Source: Bacteroidota bacterium (GTDB lineage: Bacteria > Bacteroidota > Bacteroidia > Bacteroidales > Tenuifilaceae). Taken from it: a stretch of DNA of 48,814 nucleotides. Below the pieces are notes generated by a model. The model had not been told where the DNA came from and did not search any database. It worked only from the letters and a program-made list of their open reading frames with translations. The position numbers and the translations under genes are program-made. The stretch lies in NCBI GenBank assembly GCA_023406715.1, contig JAEXVC010000167.1:1-48814 (forward strand). Reading direction: 5' to 3'. Shown here one piece after another: positions 28,237 to 36,464 of the stretch (position 1 is its first letter; every line of letters starts with the position of its first letter).

Positions 28237-28244
28237 TACTTTTG
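28237..28244 (+). promoter_or_regulatory. -7 box TACTTTTG for the two-component operon
   Basis: Exact TAnnTTTG about 48 nt upstream of ATG 28292. Confidence 0.6.
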
Positions 28245-28291
28245 TAGATAGATTTCTGGCTTTTAATTAGTAAAACCCAATAATCAATTTT

Positions 28292-30211
28292 ATGATAGGT
28301 AAAGGGCTAGTATTATTTTATGGATTCCTTTTGTGTAATTTATGTTTATACTCACAATCTACTATCAGTAGCGATTCTTTAGAAAGGAAATTGCAGACAG
28401 AAAAACTTTCAGATAGGGATAGAGCGGAAGTGCTGAATGAGTTAAGTTGGATGTATGCCGAGACTAATCCAATCAAGGCCCAGGAGGTTGCCATGAAGGC
28501 CTTGGCAATTGCAGAAAAGGAGGGCACTTCGGAGCAACTAGTTATTGCATACCATAGGCTTGGAACGGCTTTGTATAATAGGAATAAACTAGATAGTGCA
28601 ATTATATACCTTAATAGGGCTGTTGAATTAGCTGGCACTAATCAGGAATTGTTAGGAGGTATTTACCAACAAATTGGGAACCTTGAAGCTGATAGGGGAA
28701 ACTATGAGGCATCGATGAAAATGTATCATTCTGCTCTAAGTATTTTTGAGAAACAGAATGATATTGATAAGGTTGCAAACGCCTATTCCAGCATTGGTGC
28801 TTTGTATATAAACCTTCGGAATTTCGAAAAGATGTACGAGTACACATCCAAGGCGCTTGAATATCACCGAAAATCTGCTAATAAACTAGGAATTTCAGTT
28901 GATTTGGCAAATCTTGCAGAGTATTATTTTCAGAAATCTGACACCAACAAGGTTTATCAAGCTCTTATAGAATCTCGAAGATTATTACATGAAATGAACA
29001 TGGTTACAAATGAAGCTAATGTTCTTAGTAGTCTGGGTGATTACTATTCTGTTTTTTTCAACAATCAGGGAAAAGCCATTGAAATTTACAAGGAGGCTTT
29101 ATCGCTGTTAAAGGAAGGGGACAATAATAATTTGAGAATGGATTTTTACCGAAAGATTGCCTTTTCGTACTACCAAATTCCCGACTATAAGAACGCTCTT
29201 TTAAGTATGCAAAGGTTGATGGAAATTACCGACACATCGAATGTAGAATATATGCGGATTAACTACTACTACCTAGCATACATCTATATTGGATTAAAAG
29301 ATGCCGATAATGCTACAAAATCTTTAGATAAATATGTTGAACTATCCGATTTGGTTTATGCAGAAACCCAAAAGAAAAGCATAGCGGAGTTGGATGTTAA
29401 GTATCAGACTGAAAAAAAAGAATTGAAAATAGTATCATTGGAAAAAGAACGAAAATTTATAATACTACTCTCTGTATTAGGTGGAATCCTTCTGATTACA
29501 ATAATAATTCTTATTGCTGCAAGGCAAAAAGTCATTACTCAAAAGCGAAAAATAGCCGAACAGAAAGTGGCTCAACTTGAGCAGGAAAAGCAACTTATTG
29601 CTACTAAATCATTGCTTGAGGGCGAAACCACTGAGCGTGCTCGATTATCGAAGGACTTACACGACGGATTGGGGGGGTTACTTTCCGTTACAAAACATAA
29701 AATGGCCAATATGAAAGGTAGTTTAACTATTCCCGAGGAGCAGGTGGAAACCTTCAACTCTGCACTGGAAATGCTCGATAACTCAATTAAAGAGCTCCGA
29801 AGAGTGGCACATAATTTAATGCCAGAATCGCTTATGCGTTACGGACTGAGCGCTGCAATCAAAGATTTTTGTGAGAGCATCGATAAAGCAACTTACCACT
29901 ATTACGGTGTTGAAAAGCGCATAGACGAAAAACTAGAGGTTGCCGCCTTCCGTATTGTTAGTGAGTTGGTGAACAATGCGCTAAAGCATGCCAATGCAAA
30001 CAAAATTAATGTTCAATTGGTGCAGGAGCAGGACAGAATTAGCCTTACCGTTTACGACGATGGTTGTGGTTTTGACCTAAAATCCATTGACAAAACAAAA
30101 TCGGTAGGGTTAAATAGTATTGAGCAGAGGGTAGTGTCGTTCAATGGACGGATTGATATACTTTCTGAACCGGGTAAAGGAACCGAAATTACTGTTGAGT
30201 TTAAATGCTAA
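28292..30211 (+). CDS. TPR-repeat sensor histidine kinase (HisKA_3, NarX/ComP type)
   Basis: Signal peptide, periplasmic TPR array, TM helix FIILLSVLGGILLITIIILIAA, H-box ERARLSKDLHDG, N-box ELVNNALKHA, DDGCGF and PGKGT. Confidence 0.92.
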   Translation: MIGKGLVLFYGFLLCNLCLYSQSTISSDSLERKLQTEKLSDRDRAEVLNELSWMYAETNPIKAQEVAMKALAIAEKEGTSEQLVIAYHRLGTALYNRNKLDSAIIYLNRAVELAGTNQELLGGIYQQIGNLEADRGNYEASMKMYHSALSIFEKQNDIDKVANAYSSIGALYINLRNFEKMYEYTSKALEYHRKSANKLGISVDLANLAEYYFQKSDTNKVYQALIESRRLLHEMNMVTNEANVLSSLGDYYSVFFNNQGKAIEIYKEALSLLKEGDNNNLRMDFYRKIAFSYYQIPDYKNALLSMQRLMEITDTSNVEYMRINYYYLAYIYIGLKDADNATKSLDKYVELSDLVYAETQKKSIAELDVKYQTEKKELKIVSLEKERKFIILLSVLGGILLITIIILIAARQKVITQKRKIAEQKVAQLEQEKQLIATKSLLEGETTERARLSKDLHDGLGGLLSVTKHKMANMKGSLTIPEEQVETFNSALEMLDNSIKELRRVAHNLMPESLMRYGLSAAIKDFCESIDKATYHYYGVEKRIDEKLEVAAFRIVSELVNNALKHANANKINVQLVQEQDRISLTVYDDGCGFDLKSIDKTKSVGLNSIEQRVVSFNGRIDILSEPGKGTEITVEFKC

Positions 30212-30218
30212 TAATTAG

Positions 30219-30294
30219 TTGTGACTAGTGATGAGAGACAAGTGACAATTGAAAGTCACAAAATCTGTCACCAATCACTTTTCACTGCTCACCC
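30219..30294. repeat. Inverted 7-nt periodic repeat (GTGA / TCAC cores) between kinase and regulator
   Basis: TTGTGAC TAGTGAT GAGAGAC AAGTGAC ... GTCACCA ATCACTT TTCACTG CTCACCC. Confidence 0.78.
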
Positions 30295-30302
30295 CGGAGA
30301 AA

Positions 30303-30914
30303 ATGAATAAGATACTAATTGTCGACGACCATCCTTTAGTTGCTCAAAGTTTACAAAGCATTGTAACCGACTCGAAGGTTGGAGAGGTTATAGGTATTGC
30401 CCACACAGCTAAGCATTGTTTGGATTTTGTGGCATCAAAGCATATAGATTTGGTTTTATTGGACATAAATTTGCCTGATGGTAATGGACTAGAAATTTGT
30501 AAATCTATTACAGAAAAATATCCGCAAATAAAAGTGCTGGCTATTACAACTTTTAGTGAGTATACCATAATCCGGAAGATGCTTGATAATGGAGCATCGG
30601 GTTACATTCTTAAAAATGCGCTTCCAGAGGAAGTTGTTGAGGGTATTGAAACAGTTTTAAAAGGCGAAACTTTTCTCTGCCACGAGGTTGATTTGCTAAT
30701 GAAGAAAAAAATAGATGAACAAATTTTCCTAACACCCCGCGAAACGGATTTGCTAAAACTTATTTGCGATGGTTACACAAACCCTGAAATTGCTGAGAAA
30801 CTTTTCTTGGGGGTTGAAACAATTAATAGTTACCGAAAAAATCTTCTTTTTAAATTAAATGCACGAAACACTGCGGTATTAGTAAAAATTGCGATGGAGC
30901 AAAAACTAATATAG
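30303..30914 (+). CDS. NarL/LuxR-family response regulator
   Basis: REC domain 'ILIVDDHPLV...LLDINLPDGNG...GYILKN' and LuxR HTH 'LTPRETDLLKLICDGYTNPEIAEKLFL'. ATG 30303 is preferred. Confidence 0.93.
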   Translation: MNKILIVDDHPLVAQSLQSIVTDSKVGEVIGIAHTAKHCLDFVASKHIDLVLLDINLPDGNGLEICKSITEKYPQIKVLAITTFSEYTIIRKMLDNGASGYILKNALPEEVVEGIETVLKGETFLCHEVDLLMKKKIDEQIFLTPRETDLLKLICDGYTNPEIAEKLFLGVETINSYRKNLLFKLNARNTAVLVKIAMEQKLI

Positions 30915-31037
30915 TGCAATAATACTAAAGTTTACTTCGTTTTTATTTTCGTTTAAGCAACTTTTAACAATAGGGAGGTTAAACCATTGTTAAATTTTTT
31001 ATTCTTTTGTATATACCATTCTAATCCAAACAAAACA

Positions 31038-32486
31038 ATGAGAAAAAAAATAATTATTGGCTTTTCGGTCTTATTAGCCATTATTTTAGCTTTTACTTTC
31101 TTTGGTTCGTCCGATAAAGACAAGGCTGCACCTCAGTTTACAAAGGTTGTACAGGGAAAATTTGAGATTTTGGTTAATGTAACCGGCGAGTTAAAGGCTC
31201 AAAACTCAGAGGATATTACCGCACCAACCGAATTACGTGGCCGCTCATTCCGTATTTCAGAGGTAAAAATTCAGGACTTAATACCTGAAGGCACTGTTGT
31301 TGATTCTGGTGCTTATGTAGCAACATTAGATAGGTCGGCACTTAGCAACCAACTTAAAAGTACTGAGGATGAGTTGGAGAAAAGTCAACAAGCATACCTG
31401 AAGGTTCAACTCGATACAACACTTCAGCTCCGTGAACTGCGTAACACGCTTATCAACTTAAAATTTGATATGGAGGAGAAGAAAATCGTCTTAGAACAAT
31501 CTAAGTACGAGCCTCCTGCCACACAGCGTCAGGCTCAAATCAACCTCGATAAAGCAGAGCGTGAGCATCGTCAAGCGTCACATAACTATAATTTGAAGAG
31601 GGAGCAGGCTGAAGCATCAATGAAGGAGGTTGCCATCAACCTTGAACGTCAGCGTCGCGAACGTCAGGATATGCTCGATGTTTTAAGTAAGTTTGTAATT
31701 CGTGCTCCCAAGCCAGGGATGGTTATCTACTACCGCGAGTGGGGTGGAACAAAACGTAAGGTTGGTTCAAGCGTAAGCCCTTGGGATTTAACCGTTGCAA
31801 CACTTCCTGACTTATCGGTGATGAATTCGAAAACATACGTTAATGAGATAGATATCAGCAAGGTAAAGAAGAATCAATCTGTGCGAATCTCTGTTGATGC
31901 TTTTCCCGAGAAAAGATTTACTGGTGAAGTTGTTGAGGTTGCCAATATTGGTGAGCAGTTGCCCAATACCGATGCGAAAGTTTTTGAGGTTGTAATTCGC
32001 GTAAATGAGTACGACCCTATACTTCGTCCTTCGATGACAACTGGTAATCAGATTATAACAAATGTGTACGATTCGGTAATGTATATCCCATTGGAAGCAC
32101 TCCATGCAGACGATAGCGTTAGCTATGTGTTTACCAAAAAAGGTAAAAAACAGGTAGTTGTTCCTGGCGATATGAACGAGAACTATATAATTATTGAGAA
32201 GGGATTAAATGTTGATGACGAGATTTACATTTCGATGCCCGAAAAACCTGAAAAATTTGATTTGGTTGGAGAGGAATTAATACCCGTTTTAAAAGAAAAA
32301 ATATTAAAAAAGAAACAGGAAGAGGCGCGAGTTCGACAAGAGCAGGAGATGGCTATGAAGGCTAAGGCTGATGCGCAAAAAATGATGATGCAATTTGCTC
32401 CTGGAGGCTCTGTGGTAAAGGGCGATAAATCTGCAAACGACACTAAAAAATCTGACCGTGGTGACCGAAAACGCGAAAGTAAGTAA
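31038..32486 (+). CDS. Efflux membrane-fusion (periplasmic adaptor) protein, MacA/HlyD-like
   Basis: N-terminal TM helix, lipoyl half-motifs (LIPEGTVVDSG; IRAPKPGMV), coiled hairpin, VNEIDISKVK and LRPSMT. Confidence 0.88.
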   Translation: MRKKIIIGFSVLLAIILAFTFFGSSDKDKAAPQFTKVVQGKFEILVNVTGELKAQNSEDITAPTELRGRSFRISEVKIQDLIPEGTVVDSGAYVATLDRSALSNQLKSTEDELEKSQQAYLKVQLDTTLQLRELRNTLINLKFDMEEKKIVLEQSKYEPPATQRQAQINLDKAEREHRQASHNYNLKREQAEASMKEVAINLERQRRERQDMLDVLSKFVIRAPKPGMVIYYREWGGTKRKVGSSVSPWDLTVATLPDLSVMNSKTYVNEIDISKVKKNQSVRISVDAFPEKRFTGEVVEVANIGEQLPNTDAKVFEVVIRVNEYDPILRPSMTTGNQIITNVYDSVMYIPLEALHADDSVSYVFTKKGKKQVVVPGDMNENYIIIEKGLNVDDEIYISMPEKPEKFDLVGEELIPVLKEKILKKKQEEARVRQEQEMAMKAKADAQKMMMQFAPGGSVVKGDKSANDTKKSDRGDRKRESK

Positions 32487-33885
32487 GCTGAGTAAGTTCG
32501 GCGATAATATTAATATCTTTCAGCTCTATCGGCGTTACGCACACGATATTAATATTGCTATGGAGGCCATTATGGCCAACAAGTTAAAATCGATGCTAAC
32601 CGCATTGGGTATTATTTTTGGTGTTGCAGCGGTTATTAGTATGTTGGCTATTGTTAATGGAACACAGAAAGAGATTCTGGATCAAATGAAAATGGTTGGT
32701 GTCAATAATATTATCATCAATTCAATATTTGAAGCAAAGGATGCTGAATCAACAGAGGAAAATAATGGTAATACACAAAAACAAAAATTTTCTCCAGGTC
32801 TAACATTAAATGATCTTGAAGCGATTAAAGAGATAATTCCATCAGTAAAAAGAATTAGTCCAGAAGTAAGTCTCAACTCATTTGTTCAATACAATGGAGT
32901 TAGAATGTCTGCCAAAATAATGGGCGTATCCAATGATTATTTTTCGCTGTATAATCTTCCGCTCGATGAGGGCGTTTTCTTTGATGCTTATCACGAGGAG
33001 CATGGTATTCCCGTGTGTGTGATTGGTTCTAATATTAAAACAAAGTTTTTTAGCACTGTAAATCCAATTGGCAAGTATATAAAGTTTGGCAATGTATGGC
33101 TAAAGGTTATAGGAGTGCTTTCCAAGTCCGATATCAAACTAACAGGTTTTGAGAATAGTGGTATAAACGTTTATAACGACAATGTTTATGTTCCTGCTAA
33201 AAGCATTCTGCTTCGTTACCAAAATAGAGCATTGGTAAATTCCAAAAAACTTTCAGAGGGAGGAGGTGTAATGCGAGGATTCGGATTTATTATGTCATTT
33301 GGTGGAAGTACCGAATCGCAAGCACCTAAAAATTACCATCAACTCGACAGAATAATTATTCAGGTTAATGAAACGGAGGATGTGTTATCAACATCTGAGA
33401 TTTTGAGTAGAATGATGCTAAGAAGACATTCAGAGGTAAAAGATTATGAAATCGTAATACCAGAGCAACAACTCAAACAGCAGCAGGATGCAAAAGATCT
33501 TTTTAATATTGTGCTAGGAGCAATTGCTAGTATATCGCTAATAGTGGGTGGAATTGGTATTATGAACATTATGTTTGCCTCTGTTATGGAGCGAATTAAA
33601 GAGATTGGCACTCGCCTGGCCATTGGAGCCAAAAAGTCAGATATTGTGGCGCAATTTCTTTCCGAGGCAGTTTTAATAAGTGTAATCGGTGGTTTACTTG
33701 GAGTCGTTTTGGGGCTTATTCTATCCAAAATAATAACCCATTTTGCTGGAATTTTAACCATAGTTAGCCCCATATCAGTTGTGATAGCTTTTGGTGTATC
33801 CGCTGCAGTTGGTGTGATATTTGGATTATCGCCAGCAAAAAGGGCCGCAGAGAAGGATCCTATTGAATCGCTTAGGTACGAATAG
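32458..33885 (+). CDS. MacB-like ABC permease (MacB_PCD + FtsX, no fused ATPase)
   Basis: 'NKLKSMLTALGIIFGVAAVISM', 'SLIVGGIGIMNIM..SV.ERIKEIG.R.AIGA' and 'DPIESLRYE'. Start codon uncertain. Confidence 0.9.
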   Translation: MVTENAKVSKLSKFGDNINIFQLYRRYAHDINIAMEAIMANKLKSMLTALGIIFGVAAVISMLAIVNGTQKEILDQMKMVGVNNIIINSIFEAKDAESTEENNGNTQKQKFSPGLTLNDLEAIKEIIPSVKRISPEVSLNSFVQYNGVRMSAKIMGVSNDYFSLYNLPLDEGVFFDAYHEEHGIPVCVIGSNIKTKFFSTVNPIGKYIKFGNVWLKVIGVLSKSDIKLTGFENSGINVYNDNVYVPAKSILLRYQNRALVNSKKLSEGGGVMRGFGFIMSFGGSTESQAPKNYHQLDRIIIQVNETEDVLSTSEILSRMMLRRHSEVKDYEIVIPEQQLKQQQDAKDLFNIVLGAIASISLIVGGIGIMNIMFASVMERIKEIGTRLAIGAKKSDIVAQFLSEAVLISVIGGLLGVVLGLILSKIITHFAGILTIVSPISVVIAFGVSAAVGVIFGLSPAKRAAEKDPIESLRYE

Positions 33886-33907
33886 TGTATTAAAAATTAA
33901 GTAAACG

Positions 33908-35383
33908 ATGAAAAAGTTCTTTTCAATAATATTTTTAGCAGCTGTATCTTCTTCCGTGCTATATTCTCAAAAGCCCATTAATAGGCTTACATTGGAGGAG
34001 GTTATTCAGTTGGCTAAAGACCAGTCACCACAGGGTATTCTTGCAAAGCATCAGTTCAGGGCATCTTATTGGGAATACCGTACATATAAAGCAGAATTTC
34101 TACCAAGTATAAAACTTGCTGGTTCTGCAATTAATTATAACAGAGATTTGTCAGCTGATTTACAAAAAGATGGTTCTTATCAGTATGTTGAACGAAATAG
34201 TAATACTTCGTCGCTGGGATTTGAGTTAAATCAGAACATTGGCTTAACGGGTGGAAAATTTTATGTAAGTACAGCTCTCGATAGAACTGATTACTTCAAA
34301 AACGACTCAACCTCCTATAAATCTATTCCATACCAAATCGGGTTCTCTCAGCCAATATTTGGTTTTAATAGGTTAAAATGGAACAAGAAAATTGAACCCA
34401 TCAAATACGAAGAGGCTAAGCGTAACTATATTCAAGCATTAGAGAATATTTCGATGGATGCATCCCGTCTGTTTTTTGATTTAATACTAGCACAGCAAAA
34501 TCTCAAAACAGCAAATCTTAATTACGCAAATAGCGATACGCTTTATAAAATTGCAAAGGGGCGGTACAATATTGGAACTATAGCGGAGAATGAACTTTTA
34601 CAAATGGAGCTCAGTTTTCTGAATGCCGGTAGTGATGTTAGCGATGCTGAGGTGGATTTGCAGCTCAAAAAATCGAAGTTAAAGTCCTATCTGGGGTTGA
34701 ATGATGTTTATGATTTGGAGTTGATTATACCAGACTCTGTTCCAAAGTTGCAGGCTCTGTACGACGAGGTGTTATCGTTGGCAAAGATGAACAACCCCAA
34801 GATTCTTGAGTACGATAGGCAGTTAATCGAGGCAAACAGAGATGTTGCTCAAGCAAGGTCGGAAAGAGGATTCAGTGCAAATCTTGGCGCCACCTATGGT
34901 ATAAATAGAGATGCAGAACTTTTAAAAGATGCTTATGCCAACTATAATGATTTACAAACATTAAAAGTAACTCTTGAGGTGCCTATACTAGATTGGGGAT
35001 TAGGGCGCGGAAAGGTCAAAATGGCTCAATCGCGTAGAGAGGTTGTAAGAACTACAGTTGAACAGTCCATAGTTGATTTTGATCAGGATGTATTTTTAAA
35101 AGTGATGCAATTCAACAGACAGAATGACCAAGTGGAGTTGTCAAAAAAGGCCGACGTTATTTCTCAAAATCGTTATAATGTAACCAAGGAGCGTTTCTTA
35201 ATAGGAAAAATTGATGTTTTAGATTTAAATGTTGCCCAATCGGAACGTGACCAAGCAAAGCAGAAGTACATCAACACGCTTAGTAACTTCTGGCGAAATT
35301 ATTATCAAATGCGGAGTATTACACTTTACGACCTTGAAACGAAACAACCCTTAAAGGCCGACTTCGAACTATTACTTAAATAA
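33908..35383 (+). CDS. TolC-family outer-membrane channel
   Basis: Signal peptide, LTLEEVIQLA and two OEP repeats (RYNIGTIAENELLQ; RFLIGKIDVLDLNVAQ). Confidence 0.9.
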   Translation: MKKFFSIIFLAAVSSSVLYSQKPINRLTLEEVIQLAKDQSPQGILAKHQFRASYWEYRTYKAEFLPSIKLAGSAINYNRDLSADLQKDGSYQYVERNSNTSSLGFELNQNIGLTGGKFYVSTALDRTDYFKNDSTSYKSIPYQIGFSQPIFGFNRLKWNKKIEPIKYEEAKRNYIQALENISMDASRLFFDLILAQQNLKTANLNYANSDTLYKIAKGRYNIGTIAENELLQMELSFLNAGSDVSDAEVDLQLKKSKLKSYLGLNDVYDLELIIPDSVPKLQALYDEVLSLAKMNNPKILEYDRQLIEANRDVAQARSERGFSANLGATYGINRDAELLKDAYANYNDLQTLKVTLEVPILDWGLGRGKVKMAQSRREVVRTTVEQSIVDFDQDVFLKVMQFNRQNDQVELSKKADVISQNRYNVTKERFLIGKIDVLDLNVAQSERDQAKQKYINTLSNFWRNYYQMRSITLYDLETKQPLKADFELLLK

Positions 35384-35390
35384 ACCTAAC

Positions 35391-35424
35391 AATAAAAAAC
35401 CTCGCAATCGCGAGGTTTTTTATT
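35391..35424. terminator. Bidirectional terminator between the TolC gene and the GT2 gene
   Basis: AATAAAAAACCTCGC-AATC-GCGAGGTTTTTTATT (15-bp stem). Confidence 0.85.
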
Positions 35425-36340
35425 GTTCAATATTTTTCCACTTGGGACTATATATTTTTGCGAGTAATGATAGTTTGTAAATATCAAGTAGCATTATTGA
35501 CGGATTGTTCCCACATAATCGGGTTTTGATAATTGGAGTTAGCGCTTTAAATACCCAACGTAAAGGATAAAGCATTCCAATATGGCGTAAGAATCTAAAC
35601 ACTTTGAGTAGTTTTATTGATTTTTCGATATCTCTACGCATACAGGGCATTATGTGCAGCACCCTAGCAAGGTTTAAAACGCCTTGTTCAGTTTTCATCA
35701 AGAACTCATAATTTGGGTCTAAACCTAAGTGTACGGTAGGATTATCAATATGCAGGATATCAACTTTGTGTTTTTTCAAATCAAGACCTAGGAGTGTGTC
35801 CTCATGCCCATAACCGGAAAGATCCTCATTAAAGCGAATTTTCTGAAAAGTTTCCTTTTCAATAATAAAGTTTCCGCTAATAAATGAACTGTATGGGTTT
35901 ACTTGTCGGAAGAAGGCTGTTTTGCACTCTCTACCAACTCCGTATCGCCATCTTAGCAAAAGTTCATGCCTGAAAGGTTTTGGACCATATTTTCTGCCTC
36001 CACAAATTACCTTTGCTTTTGGAAGGTTGTCGATATAACGTTTCAAATAATCGGGGTCATCCACCATTACATCGCAATCTAGGAAAAGTAGCCATTCTCC
36101 TTTAGCAACATCAGCTAAACGGTTACGGATCTTTGAACGTCCAATGTTAAAATCAAACTCAAGGTAATTTATACTACTCCTTGATGCGAGCAAAGAGTTG
36201 CGTTCGCGGAAAAAGTTTTGGGAGTGGTCGTCAAAAAGCAAGACCTCAACCGGATAGTTGATGTGATTTGCTTGCTTCAGCAATTCCTCAACCAGTTCGG
36301 TTACATCGAAATTGTATATGGGTATGCAAATTGATATCAT
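35420..36340 (-). CDS. Family 2 glycosyltransferase
   Basis: ISICIPIYN, FDDHS, GRSKIRN, DxD motif FLDCD and GYGHED. Confidence 0.9.
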   Translation of the reverse strand: MISICIPIYNFDVTELVEELLKQANHINYPVEVLLFDDHSQNFFRERNSLLASRSSINYLEFDFNIGRSKIRNRLADVAKGEWLLFLDCDVMVDDPDYLKRYIDNLPKAKVICGGRKYGPKPFRHELLLRWRYGVGRECKTAFFRQVNPYSSFISGNFIIEKETFQKIRFNEDLSGYGHEDTLLGLDLKKHKVDILHIDNPTVHLGLDPNYEFLMKTEQGVLNLARVLHIMPCMRRDIEKSIKLLKVFRFLRHIGMLYPLRWVFKALTPIIKTRLCGNNPSIMLLDIYKLSLLAKIYSPKWKNIEQ

Positions 36341-36464
36341 AAAAAAACTCCAATTGCTAAGACTAAACTTTAGACCTCAGAAAAAGAAAAAAGTTAAAGG
36401 CAAATATCACAATAAATTGGTATAGTTTGGTTGAATCGTATAACATTTTTATACCGATTTTGTT

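Noticed and set aside
19204..30294. Periodic arrays as CRISPR or mini-CRISPR
   Set aside because: Units are 7-8 nt with no unique spacers, and no cas genes are present.
17836..35424. Similar CCTCGC/GCGAGG hairpins at 17836 and 35391 as a REP/MITE family
   Set aside because: Only a short shared stem is present, and both sit between convergent genes where bidirectional terminators are expected.
36356..36387. AGA-spaced units upstream of the GT2 gene (GCTAAGA, CTTTAGA, CCTCAGA)
   Set aside because: Only two units are in phase and there is no complementary arm, so it is too weak to add to the periodic-array class.
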